Part shown: positions 11,201 to 20,372 of the stretch, one piece after another
How positions within the stretch are numbered: position 1 is the first letter of the stretch
Layout: every line of letters starts with the position of its first letter
NCBI GenBank assembly: GCA_039794005.1
Contig: JBAMMA010000012.1
Coordinates: 1-60,901 of the forward strand
DNA length: 60,901 nt
DNA from: Thermoplasmata archaeon
Lineage (GTDB): Archaea; Thermoplasmatota; Thermoplasmata; Thermoplasmatales; ARK-15
Direction: 5' to 3'
Translations under genes and position numbers: made by a program
The notes under the pieces: model-generated
Seen by the model: the letters and a program-made list of their open reading frames with translations, nothing else
Database searches by the model: none
What the model was told of the DNA's origin: nothing

Positions 11201-13144
11201 ATTTTCCAATTCATTATATTCAATATTGATGTTATTTTCTTTTATCAAATTAATCAACTTTTCATAGTATGTAATTCTTGTTGAAACAATCTCCCCAATT
11301 TTTTTATTCAATTCTGACAGTATTGTATTCATATATCTTTTTTTAATTTCCTCGCCTACGCTGGATTTGTAAATATCATCAACGAGCTTAATTAATGAAC
11401 CAACATTGAAATTTAACTTGTTTAATGCATCCAGTATATTCCTAACCTTTCCATAATATTCATATAATTTTTGAATTTTTATTGAATTTCTTATGTTGAG
11501 AAAATCATCAAACTTTGATTTTGCACCATCAAAATCCAATTTTTCTATACTTTGTACAATATCATTTTTGATATTCATAAAATTTTCCATCATCGAATTT
11601 AGTGCATTCTTGTCCTCAATATCATTCAATGAATTTGTGAATTTTTGATCAAATTCCTGCTTTACCGTTTCAATTAAATCCCTTAGATTCCTTACAAAAT
11701 CCATGGGTTTATATGAAGATACTACATTTAATTTTGAAATTGAATTATTCAATTCAATTCCATTTTCTTTTACATAATTTATAAAGTTTCTGATTTTTGA
11801 TACAAGTAAATCTCTTCCATTTATTGCCTTTTCATTAATATTTAATATAAATTTTTCTAAAAGTTCCTCCGCATTTTCGGGATCTAATAATATTTTATCA
11901 TCGATAGTTTTTAGGTAATTGACATCAATATCCACATTAAGAAATTTCAAATATGCAAGGTTCGATCTTATTTCATTTAATTGATTCTTTAATTTTTCTT
12001 TTAATTCCAATACATTTTTCGTTTTTTTCTCCATATCAAATAAAAGTTCAAGGGCACTGTCAATCTCTTTATTTTCTAAGAGGCTCTTTGTCCTGTTCAA
12101 ATTTGTAACCAAATCTTTAACATTTTCACCCTGTTTAACCAAATCCAAAATCCTTTTAGATAAATCGCTCAGCTTTTGTGTTATAATGCTTATTTTTTCC
12201 ATTGAAATTTTTGATGTTAAATCTTTTATAGAATTTATTGCATTTATATATTCACCATTGTTAATATTTATAAATATTTCCTGCAACTTTTCTTCATATT
12301 TAGAAGAATCTATTCCAAACCTTTCAGAATTTTTTATTGTCATGGACAAATTTCTTACCATCTCTGTTAATATTCTAACAATCTGTTCTTCCATTTTATT
12401 GTTGAATGAATCCAATTCATCCAATGCCTCTATGTGTTTGTTATTTTGTATCAATTCATTTATTTTCTTTTGTTCAATCGTAAATATGCTTATGTTTGGT
12501 TTAATGTTTTGATAAACATTTTGTAAAAATGCCAATTTTTCAATCTTTTTTGATATTATATCGGCTATATATTGATAAATAAGCATTTTAATATCGTTTA
12601 ATATTGTCAATGAATATTCATTTATATCATTCAATTTTGATATTATATCACTAAATTTTTCTAAAAATTCATTTCTTAAATTCTGTGGCAGTTTTTCCAA
12701 TATACTTTCAATCCTTTTATTTATAAGATCTATGGATTCTTTTAATATTTCATTTTTTATTTCATTTATATTTTCCGTAGAATAAATATTCTGTAATTTC
12801 GGAATTAAATCGGAAACGTCTATTTCAAGCTGTTTTAGAGATTCTACATATTTTTCCAAAATCTTTCTATTTTCCTCTATTGTTATAGTTAATGATTTGT
12901 TAAGAATATCATTTAATTTAACATATTCATCATATGCCTCTATGAATTTTTTATCATCATATAACTTTTTTAAATTTTCGTAAGAATTTTTTATTTCATC
13001 ATTTAACAATTTTTGATTTTCTAAAATTTTAATTTTTTCCTCTATTGTCGGCAGTTCCTTCTCTAATATCTCCCTCTTTTTTCGCATTTCTTTCGCTTTT
13101 TCTTCCAATTCCTTTGAAATCTTATATGGACTTATCCCGACCAA
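8270..13144 (-). CDS. Giant alpha-helical repeat/coiled-coil protein with C-terminal Ig-like domain and C4HC3 (Prok-RING/PHD-like) zinc finger
   Basis: 1624-aa ORF, GGAGG RBS before TTG; recurring xG[IL][DN]V turns between helices; C-x2-C-x12-C-x2-C-x4-H-x2-C-x6-C-x2-C at 8327-8440. Confidence 0.8.
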   Translation of the reverse strand: MVGISPYKISKELEEKAKEMRKKREILEKELPTIEEKIKILENQKLLNDEIKNSYENLKKLYDDKKFIEAYDEYVKLNDILNKSLTITIEENRKILEKYVESLKQLEIDVSDLIPKLQNIYSTENINEIKNEILKESIDLINKRIESILEKLPQNLRNEFLEKFSDIISKLNDINEYSLTILNDIKMLIYQYIADIISKKIEKLAFLQNVYQNIKPNISIFTIEQKKINELIQNNKHIEALDELDSFNNKMEEQIVRILTEMVRNLSMTIKNSERFGIDSSKYEEKLQEIFININNGEYINAINSIKDLTSKISMEKISIITQKLSDLSKRILDLVKQGENVKDLVTNLNRTKSLLENKEIDSALELLFDMEKKTKNVLELKEKLKNQLNEIRSNLAYLKFLNVDIDVNYLKTIDDKILLDPENAEELLEKFILNINEKAINGRDLLVSKIRNFINYVKENGIELNNSISKLNVVSSYKPMDFVRNLRDLIETVKQEFDQKFTNSLNDIEDKNALNSMMENFMNIKNDIVQSIEKLDFDGAKSKFDDFLNIRNSIKIQKLYEYYGKVRNILDALNKLNFNVGSLIKLVDDIYKSSVGEEIKKRYMNTILSELNKKIGEIVSTRITYYEKLINLIKENNINIEYNELENILNEIKKENEITISKIQFILETEEIYINSFENTFTYITAKNLFDKRLKNYIKDENIYNNILNKYSGDNLINSIDKILDEFNVIISSQSFSHLEENIKTLQTIIQETGLYSELTGDLKINKENLDKLEELYNKVESTLLEFRNFVFNRLLDVKMMLNKYKINYLLNNLDQSIDYYSKGEYLKAYNTLQKIKSDVEKIAIEYDNAKKMLNDIYNKISFFRNVGLNLPKTYEFIENLEKALENGDIQKFKELYKTNYLTINDEITKVVKDFVDNVEKKINEKKGSMNTIVAEGLISSAKRTLRYDNPLDAFKQALEALENIKDIEMLSNVSEKLFFRMKETIKRFESQPPKDFLAGFERINQLLNRGKYTAAIIEMSDMLDKFEELSKKIKILKDYIETLKVKINIATSVGAKVDKAIKMYQDSRNAFQAGKIDESIEILEFTIDLINASIEKIIAGSQITSKHIYAISKIFNLNIDEVYNKINEITSKIISSLLKLEDIENLNYLIIEFKQTNGDLEKVVNVNIFNIFKERLEQIKFISNNVKTSPEDVNYLLYLWNKRNYQMIADIFNLIEYKHYKELTKYLIDYVRDIFVYISTNILYHPMPDYAISETLEYSVKVAIIPPDELNSLTLNYKEKILNDIVKKLNEKLNDISKLIKDSEKLKLLKDLIDKKDFKNFEKNIIGIEISVHLIDLNREIFSDRIDKIMKMINELDKKNINVFDEKKILLNIDFSTDFSTIKDLLDNLEKNIMDKKRGLESKIIEIPKQKEELVKKQEVKSIQTKMESKPEIKEKKVENVDLEKEKNIVNLMDTQNYIDIGLTITLGMLEVPVKLNIKNNKINDINKLKLNVSGSLQPFEISIDSIKAKGEYSTTVKTKVSQGNVLKLKGEYEEKNNKVNFEKEIEFKPLIDRGFKITKSTGNEKCQICKRPIESNSMVLVCSKCGNTYHYDCAKKIGVCVKCRNKFYFAPTKDYNLNVKI

Positions 13145-13186
13145 AATTTTTCCTCCTTTATAATCTATAATGAATTTCTAATTTTT

Positions 13187-13909
13187 TTATTTTTCTATTT
13201 TAATTTCCTCATATTTACCTAAATATGTATGATCCAATAAAAATACTTTCATTTTATTTATATTTAAACATTTTGAAAATATTGGACCTGGTGGGTCATT
13301 TGTCAATGACATGCCCGTGTAAACATTAAATGACGGTAAAACTATAATCTTTCCATTAAAATTAGGATAGCATTTTCTAAAATTTTTTGTTGATCTTCCT
13401 ATCAACCAAACTGGTGAATATCCTTTTCCCGAAGATTGTATGATATTTATCTCCGGATGAATGTGTCCCATCAACAGGTATTTTGCATTGTTTAAAGATT
13501 CATCCGGCCAGGTATGTCCATGCATTTTATATATATCCCCATCCAAATATCCTTTTGGAGGATAAATTTTACAATCTATAATGCTCTCAATATTACCATC
13601 GTGATTTCCTTTTACTACTGTGACATAAAAATGATCTTCCAAAATTTTAAAAAATTCTTTTATTTTTTCTTTTATATATTTTCTTGGTATGCCAATCTGA
13701 TGTTTAATATCCCCAAGTATCGTTATTCTCTCTGTTTCTTTTTCTTCAGATATTTTAAATATTCTGTCCAGCATATTTTTTGTGCTGTCAGGTAAAATTA
13801 TTCCATTCTCAAAGAATTCCCTCTCTATTCCTATATGTAAATCGGATATTACAATTTCCTTTCTATCTGTTATATATAATGCTCTCTCATTATTTATTAA
13901 CCTGATCAT
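13187..13909 (-). CDS. Calcineurin-like metallophosphoesterase (COG1407-type)
   Basis: SDLHIG.E, LGDIKH, KGNHD, HGH, MGHIHP, LPSFN. Confidence 0.9.
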   Translation of the reverse strand: MIRLINNERALYITDRKEIVISDLHIGIEREFFENGIILPDSTKNMLDRIFKISEEKETERITILGDIKHQIGIPRKYIKEKIKEFFKILEDHFYVTVVKGNHDGNIESIIDCKIYPPKGYLDGDIYKMHGHTWPDESLNNAKYLLMGHIHPEINIIQSSGKGYSPVWLIGRSTKNFRKCYPNFNGKIIVLPSFNVYTGMSLTNDPPGPIFSKCLNINKMKVFLLDHTYLGKYEEIKIEK

Positions 13910-14537
13910 TTTTAATTTTTATTAGAATACCATCACATAACCTTTCTACGTTCTCAATGTTTAGTCTATACATTTCACTTTCTTTCATAGCGGTCTTCAA
14001 TGTTGCCATTGGAGGTGCATCATTTCCTATTACAAAAGGTGCAACATATATGTTTATCTCATCATAAAGCCCCTTTTCAATAAATGAACCTATAACCCTG
14101 GATCCTCCCTCTACCATCAATTTTTTAATACCCAATCTGTACAAATCTTCTAATGCACATTCCAAATCAACGATTCCCTCACCGCAAATCCTAATTTCTG
14201 CATTTAATCTTTTTTTAGGCAATGTTGTAGTATAAATAATAGTCTTTGATTTTCCATCTAAAACTTTTGCATTTTCAGGTATTCTTAGATGCGAATCAAG
14301 GACAATCCTGACAGGATTTTTTATTTCTTCATTCTCTATATATTTTTCCTTTACAGTCAATGATGGATCATCAGAGATTATGGTCCCTATACCTACCATT
14401 ATACCATCAACCGAATTTCTTATCTTGTTGACCCTTTTTAAATCTTCTTCACAAGATAACCTCGTTTGTTCCCCGGTTCCAACTGCCAATCTTCCATCTA
14501 AACTCATCGCAAAATTAATTATCACATAAGGCCTCAT
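13890..14537 (-). CDS. 2,5-diamino-6-ribosylamino-4(3H)-pyrimidinone 5'-phosphate reductase (RibD C-terminal/Rib7-type)
   Basis: AMSLDG, VGIGT...DDPSLT, P.RIVLDS, MVEGG. Confidence 0.9.
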   Translation of the reverse strand: MRPYVIINFAMSLDGRLAVGTGEQTRLSCEEDLKRVNKIRNSVDGIMVGIGTIISDDPSLTVKEKYIENEEIKNPVRIVLDSHLRIPENAKVLDGKSKTIIYTTTLPKKRLNAEIRICGEGIVDLECALEDLYRLGIKKLMVEGGSRVIGSFIEKGLYDEINIYVAPFVIGNDAPPMATLKTAMKESEMYRLNIENVERLCDGILIKIKNDQVNK

Positions 14538-15631
14538 ATTTTATAAATCACCCCATTTGAAATATAGTATTTAATATTAAAGTGATTATCCAATATTAAA
14601 ATGTCAGCATAATATCCAATATCTATTTTTCCCCTCTTAATTTTCAAATAATTTCCAGGATTCTCTGTTACCATTTTCAATATTTTTAAAAACATTTCCT
14701 TATCATTATTCCATGCGTACCTTAAAATTTCGTACAAAACTCCTGGACTCGCTACATCCATTTTCAGGAATCTTCCATTTTCGTCGAACAATGGCTTCGA
14801 TCCATTTCCATCGCTTGATATTGTTATTTTATTTAGATCAGCATTATTGTTTATTAAGAATTTCAATGTTTCAATCGTTTTAGGAACCTTATCATCATAT
14901 TCAGCTGTTATGTCAATCCATCCGCCCAATCTTAAAAAATTTAATGATTCCTTTAAAAGATATTCATTCCTGTCAACATGGGTTGGCAAAAATTGCTCAG
15001 CAGGAATATCCGTATTTTCTATTATATCCAATATTGGATTAAACATATCTTTTCCATTTCCCAGATGAACATTAATATACCCGGGTTTTCCAGATAATAT
15101 TCCTCCCCTTCTAGCTTTTGTTACATAATCCAAAAGTAAATCCCTGCTGGGATAAGAGCCTCTATGATCTGAAATTGCTATTTTCAAACCCAGAATTTCG
15201 TCAATGAAAATAATATCCTTTTCAACATCTCCGGTTAAAGTAATTGGTGGAATTCTGTAAGATCCTGTAAGAATGTATGCATTAATGTTGTTTCTCTTTA
15301 AATATTTTGCATGGGATAATAAATTTTCAACATTTCTTGTAATCCCGTCGGTTCCTAAAACACCAACCAGGGTTGTTATTCCAGACCTTTTAATTTCTTC
15401 ATGAGACAATGGGAAAGTTCTATACTCAAAACCCCCTTCTCCGCCACCTCCAGCTATATGAACATGAATATCAATCAATCCTGGAATTGCTATATGTTCA
15501 TCCAAATCCATAAAACCAGATATTTCACATATTGCCTCAGGGGTTATTGATTCAATCTTATTTGAAATCAAAATGTCTTTTTTTCCCAGGTAAGAAGGAG
15601 AATAAACTTCAAGATTTTTAAGAACAATCAT
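14534..15631 (-). CDS. iadA: Isoaspartyl dipeptidase (beta-aspartyl peptidase, amidohydrolase fold)
   Basis: DIHVHIAGGGGEGG, LGTDGITR, KIAISDHR, PTHVDR, SSDGNGS. Confidence 0.92.
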   Translation of the reverse strand: MIVLKNLEVYSPSYLGKKDILISNKIESITPEAICEISGFMDLDEHIAIPGLIDIHVHIAGGGGEGGFEYRTFPLSHEEIKRSGITTLVGVLGTDGITRNVENLLSHAKYLKRNNINAYILTGSYRIPPITLTGDVEKDIIFIDEILGLKIAISDHRGSYPSRDLLLDYVTKARRGGILSGKPGYINVHLGNGKDMFNPILDIIENTDIPAEQFLPTHVDRNEYLLKESLNFLRLGGWIDITAEYDDKVPKTIETLKFLINNNADLNKITISSDGNGSKPLFDENGRFLKMDVASPGVLYEILRYAWNNDKEMFLKILKMVTENPGNYLKIKRGKIDIGYYADILILDNHFNIKYYISNGVIYKI

Positions 15632-15733
15632 ATATTTTTATGATTGAAATTTTCAGATAAATAATTTTTTAATCCAATTATATCTTAAAGAGCATAAAAA
15701 ATTTTATAATCTTAATATAAAATATTTAATAAT

Positions 15734-17590
15734 ATGTATGGATATAATGGAAAAATATTGTTAATCGATTTATCTGGAGAGAAGATAAATGAAATTTATC
15801 TAGATGATTATGTATACAGGAAATTTTTAGGTGGATATGGTCTGGGGGTTTACTTTTTGTTAAAGAATCAGAAAAAAGGAATAGACCCTTTATCTGAGGA
15901 ATCGTATATAGGATTCCTGCCTGGATTACTAAACGGTACAGGTGTTCCAATGGCTGGAAGATTCATGGCCGTAGGAAAATCCCCATTGACAGGTGGCTGG
16001 AATGATTCAAACGTAGGAGGATATATAGGTCCAGAAATAAAGAATGCAGGTTTTGACGGTATTTTTATCACAGGAAAATCGAAGGACCCTGTTTATATAT
16101 ATGTATCTAAAAGCATAGAAATATTGGATGCATCAAAATATTGGGGCTTAGATGCAATTAAAACTGAAAATGAATTGGAAAAAATTCACGGCGATGGAGA
16201 GATATTAACAATAGGTCAAGCGGGAGAAAATATAAGTTACATTTCATCGATTATAACAGATCGTGGAAGGGCATTGGGTAGAGGTGGATTGGGAGCAATT
16301 ATGGGAAGTAAAAATTTAAAGGCAATTTACGTAAGGGGATATACAAATGTTAAAATATATGATAGAGAAAAATTGAGGAGATACATATCAAAAATGATGG
16401 AAAAAATGAATCCTAAAAAGAATAAAATAGCAGATTATTGGCATAGATACGGAACCACAGGTGGAAATGAAAAATCCCATTTGTCCGGGGATACCCCAAT
16501 AAAGAATTGGAAAGGTATTGGTATAAGGGATTTTGGAAAGGAAAATGCAAAAAAGATCTCTGGAAATGAGGTAATAAAGGACAACATAAGGAGTTACGGT
16601 TGTGCACAATGCCCGGTAGCATGTGGTGCTATTATAAGAAGAAATACAAGGTATGGTTTAATAGAGGGACATAGATTGGAATACGAAGGTCTTGGGATGT
16701 TGGGTGGACTCCTATTAAATTCTGATTTAGATTCAATAGCATATTCATTTGAATTAGCAAACGAATATGGATATGATGTCATTTCACTTGGTGCAGTAAT
16801 AGGTTTTGCAATGGAATGTTATGAAAATGGAATACTTAGTGAGAAGGATTTGGGATTAAAATTGGAATGGGGAAATCCCGATTCAATCGTTGAATTCATT
16901 GAAAAAATGGCTAAAAATGATGGAATTTACAAAATTTTGAATAAGGGTGTGGCATATGCATCTAAGTTTCTGAATGCGCCGGATGAAATGGCAGTTCACG
17001 TTCATGGCCAGGAATTGCCGGCTCACGATCCAAAATATTTACCCTCCTTAGCAACGACATACGTTTCAGATCCTACACCAGGCAGGCATACAGCGGGTGG
17101 AATAGGATTCAGTGAAGGATCTGAATATATTTCATTTTTTGATATTGGAATTGAAAAAGTGAATATTGAAAAGTACGTTTATAAAGGAAAAGGCAGATAT
17201 CATTTTATTTCAGAAGTTCAAACACAGGTAATAAATTCCCTTGGCTTTTGCATCTTTGCAGATTCATTTTCCCCTTTACCTGCTGCTGAAGTTTTAAATG
17301 CAGTAACAGGTTGGGATATCGATGCAAATGAATTAATGATTATAGGTGAAAGAATTTTGGATTCCAGGAGATTATTCAATTACAGAGAAAATGTATATTT
17401 GAAAGACAATATACTTCCCAAGAGGGCTGAAGGAAATCCTCCTCATGATGAAGGTCCATTAAAAGGAATCACAATAGACTGGAGAACCATGGTTGAAGAA
17501 TTTGCAAAAGAAGCTAAATGGGATCTTGAAACAGGTCTACCGGACAGGGAAAGGTTAAAAGAACTGGATCTAATAGATTTTATCGATTAA
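15734..17590 (+). CDS. aor: Aldehyde:ferredoxin oxidoreductase family protein (tungstopterin)
   Basis: KSPLTG, GRGGLGAIMGSKNLKA, CxxCPxxC, EYE, D.IS.G, HDP. Confidence 0.93.
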   Translation: MYGYNGKILLIDLSGEKINEIYLDDYVYRKFLGGYGLGVYFLLKNQKKGIDPLSEESYIGFLPGLLNGTGVPMAGRFMAVGKSPLTGGWNDSNVGGYIGPEIKNAGFDGIFITGKSKDPVYIYVSKSIEILDASKYWGLDAIKTENELEKIHGDGEILTIGQAGENISYISSIITDRGRALGRGGLGAIMGSKNLKAIYVRGYTNVKIYDREKLRRYISKMMEKMNPKKNKIADYWHRYGTTGGNEKSHLSGDTPIKNWKGIGIRDFGKENAKKISGNEVIKDNIRSYGCAQCPVACGAIIRRNTRYGLIEGHRLEYEGLGMLGGLLLNSDLDSIAYSFELANEYGYDVISLGAVIGFAMECYENGILSEKDLGLKLEWGNPDSIVEFIEKMAKNDGIYKILNKGVAYASKFLNAPDEMAVHVHGQELPAHDPKYLPSLATTYVSDPTPGRHTAGGIGFSEGSEYISFFDIGIEKVNIEKYVYKGKGRYHFISEVQTQVINSLGFCIFADSFSPLPAAEVLNAVTGWDIDANELMIIGERILDSRRLFNYRENVYLKDNILPKRAEGNPPHDEGPLKGITIDWRTMVEEFAKEAKWDLETGLPDRERLKELDLIDFID

Positions 17591-18652
17591 ATCTAAAATT
17601 TTTCTCTTAATTTCCTTTTCATTTATCTCATATTTTTTGAATATTTGATTAATATTCTTTTCGTTTATATTTTTTATAATTTTACTCACATCTTTATAGG
17701 GTAATCTTTCTCTTAATATTGTGAAAATTTCCGGATTATGAATAGCAATATATTCACTTCTCTTTCTGTTAGGGACAAAAGAATCCAAAAATTTGCTGAG
17801 TTTAATTGCAGATTCAGCAGCAATATCCAGTGCCTGTATCGATATATACATTTGTAAAGGAAATGACATTGAAAGTTCAAATTCTCCTATCAAGGATGAA
17901 TCCTCAGAAATACGGGACAAATTTCTTGCAAATGTGCATCCCAATATTATCGATTCAAGATTCACAGGATTTATTTTTCCAGGCATTATGCTGCTCCCCT
18001 CAATTTCCATATTTTTTAAATATATTTCATTCATTCCTGAAAAAGGCCCTGAAAACATGAGTCTAAAATCGTTTGAAATTTTAATAATGTCCAAACAAAA
18101 ATTTGAAATTGAATTTAATAAAAACGTTATATCTGAAATAAATTTCATCTTTTTTCCTGGATCTTTCATCTCAACGAAATCTGAATTGTAAAATGAATTC
18201 AAATTTTTTATAAACAGATTCTTAAAATTTTCATGGGATAGAATTCCTGTTCCCACAGCAGTTCCTCCCACGGGCAATTCTTTTAAATTCTCAAAGGAAT
18301 ATATTATATTTTTATAATCTTCATCTAATTTTATATGATATGAAAAAAGTTCTAATCCAAATGTTACCGGTAAGGCATCTCTCAAATGCGTCCTTCCCGC
18401 TTTTAAATAATGTTTATATTTCTTAGAATATTTTTCTAAATTTTCAATTAAATTTTGAATATTTTTTAGCAATCTTGCCTTTTCCAGATATAAAGTTATT
18501 CTTAATATTGAAGGTATAACATCATTTGAAGATTGTGATTTATTCACATCATCGTTTGGGTTTAATTCAAAATTGTAATATTTTTTGGCATATTTTACAA
18601 TCAAATCATTTATTTTCATATTAATTCCTGTTCCACTTCCGGTTTGAAATAC
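17570..18652 (-). pseudogene. fumC: Class II fumarate hydratase/aspartase, 5'-truncated
   Basis: SQSSND, GRTH, GGTAVGTG and GSSIMPGKINP are present; upstream in-frame VFQTGSGTGINM is preceded by TAA at 18656-18658, so the N-terminal region is missing. Confidence 0.8.
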
Positions 18653-18895
18653 CGTTTATTGAGGCATTTTTCTGATTTGCCTGTTATATCATTTGATATT
18701 CCGATATCCAGAGAGGTGCTCAGAGATAAAGGAATTTTTGTAAAATACGATAAGGATGATCCAAATGAATGGGTTGAAATGATATACAAATATTATGACA
18801 TGAAGATAGATTACGGCGAATTAAAAGAATATTATAGACCAGAAAGAGCAAAAAAGGAATATGAAAATTTTTATAAAAAGATTGGTTGGCTATAA
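18643..18895 (+). pseudogene. 3' remnant of a GT4 (GT-B) glycosyltransferase, frameshifted
   Basis: FEIPFIEAF(F) then, after a frameshift in the T-run at 18667-18671, SDLPVISFDIPISREV; matches the GT4 E-x-F-G-x-x-x-x-E-A...P-V motif. Confidence 0.7.
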
Positions 18896-18898
18896 AAT

Positions 18899-19664
18899 TT
18901 ATTCTATTGATAAAAATAATAGATTAACATCTTTGAAATAATCGTTTCCCTCAATTTTTTTATTAAATTTTAAATTATAATTAAAATCTTTTAGAAACTC
19001 TATTGATTTTTTGTATAATTCTTTTGTATGTGTTTCCAATATTATTTTGGGATGGAACTTTCCATGGTTTCTCTTGCCCCATCCAGGACAGATAATTCGA
19101 GTCCCTCAACATCAATTTTTATAAGATCTACTTTATCAAAATTGAATGAATCCAATGTTCTTGTCTCTATCGTTTTTCCATTTCCTGCTGTTAACATATC
19201 TTTGTTTCTATTTGCCGATATTGTTTTTACGTTTCCAATAGCAATGTTATATGCTTTTATATCCAATTTATTTAATTCTATATTTTTCAATAGAATTTTA
19301 TAAATATCTTCCAATGGTTCGAATGCATAGACCTTTGCATTAAACTTTTTAGAATACCAGACAGATGTATCGTTTTAAGATGCCCCTACATCTAAGATCA
19401 CATCATTACTTTTAGGAAGAAAACCATCAACATAATAAATCTTTTTAACAAATACTTCGACCAAACTTCTACTGGGTGTATCTTCTGAAAATATATAGCC
19501 CTCATTCATTGCTAAATTTTTTGGATATTCTAACCATTTTTATAAGAATCATTTCTATAATTTTTATTTATTAAATCTAAAATTATGTTATGTTCATATC
19601 CATATTCAATAAGTTCCCTGTGTTCTTTAATTTTCCATCTTATAGAATTAATAAACATATACAT
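18899..19664 (-). pseudogene. FkbM-family methyltransferase pseudogene
   Basis: ILDVGAS*NDT...VYAFEP...KIDVEG.E..VL.GA; in-frame TAA at 19375-19377; frameshift near 19060 hides PKIILETH; further shifts in the 5' part. Confidence 0.82.
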
Positions 19665-19766
19665 TTTATAATATATTAGAAATATAAATTTTTTAATAAA
19701 TTATCATTAAACAAATTATATAGATTATGCAAAAATTTAATAATACTTTATAATGATTATAATTTT

Positions 19767-20372
19767 ATGAGAAAAAGTATATATTGGTTAGGGAACTTTG
19801 GGGCGTTGTTTTCAATATTATTAGTCCTTATCTCAGCTCTAATTTCACCAAAATTCTCCTGGACAAATAATTATTTAAGTGATATCGGTGCAAAATTGTT
19901 TGGTTTTATACCATATTTATTATTTTCAACAGGTCTAATTATAGGTGGTATTATTTTTATTATATATTTTTCATTAACGGCTATTGAATATAAAAAACAT
20001 AAAGTTGTTTTTTCAGCGCATGTCGTATTTATTGTTTCATCTTTCTCCATGAGTATGATTGCTATATTTCCAGAAGGTTCGAAATATGGGCTTCATTATA
20101 TATTTGCATTTATATTTTTCTCTTTATTTCCAATCGGGATGTTGTTGATAGGTATAGTAATAAATGAATATCTGAAGAGGTTTGCCCAGGCAACATTTAT
20201 GCTTTCATCAATAAGTTTATTATTAGATATGTCAATTTTATTAAAAATTGAAAAGGCGATGGGTGAAATGTTAGTATCTATAATATTGGCAATTTGGATC
20301 ATATTTTACAATTATTTAATGTTCAAAGTCACAAATATTGGTAACAAGAATGAAAATGGAAAAAATAAATAA
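19767..20372 (+). CDS. DUF998-like membrane protein
   Basis: P.FSW..NYLSDIG, IFPE...LH pattern, 6 TM helices. Confidence 0.75.
   Translation: MRKSIYWLGNFGALFSILLVLISALISPKFSWTNNYLSDIGAKLFGFIPYLLFSTGLIIGGIIFIIYFSLTAIEYKKHKVVFSAHVVFIVSSFSMSMIAIFPEGSKYGLHYIFAFIFFSLFPIGMLLIGIVINEYLKRFAQATFMLSSISLLLDMSILLKIEKAMGEMLVSIILAIWIIFYNYLMFKVTNIGNKNENGKNK

Noticed and set aside
8270-13144. Giant protein as an SMC/Rad50 paralog
   Set aside because: No Walker A/B, signature motif, hinge or central hook; a true Rad50 is present at 25370-27808
19028-19314. ORFs 19042-19314(-) and 19028-19303(+) as independent genes
   Set aside because: The first is an internal fragment of the FkbM pseudogene; the second is its antisense shadow
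19375-19377. In-frame stop as recoding (Sec/Pyl or an alternative genetic code)
   Set aside because: It is TAA, it is accompanied by frameshifts, and the other genes use standard stops
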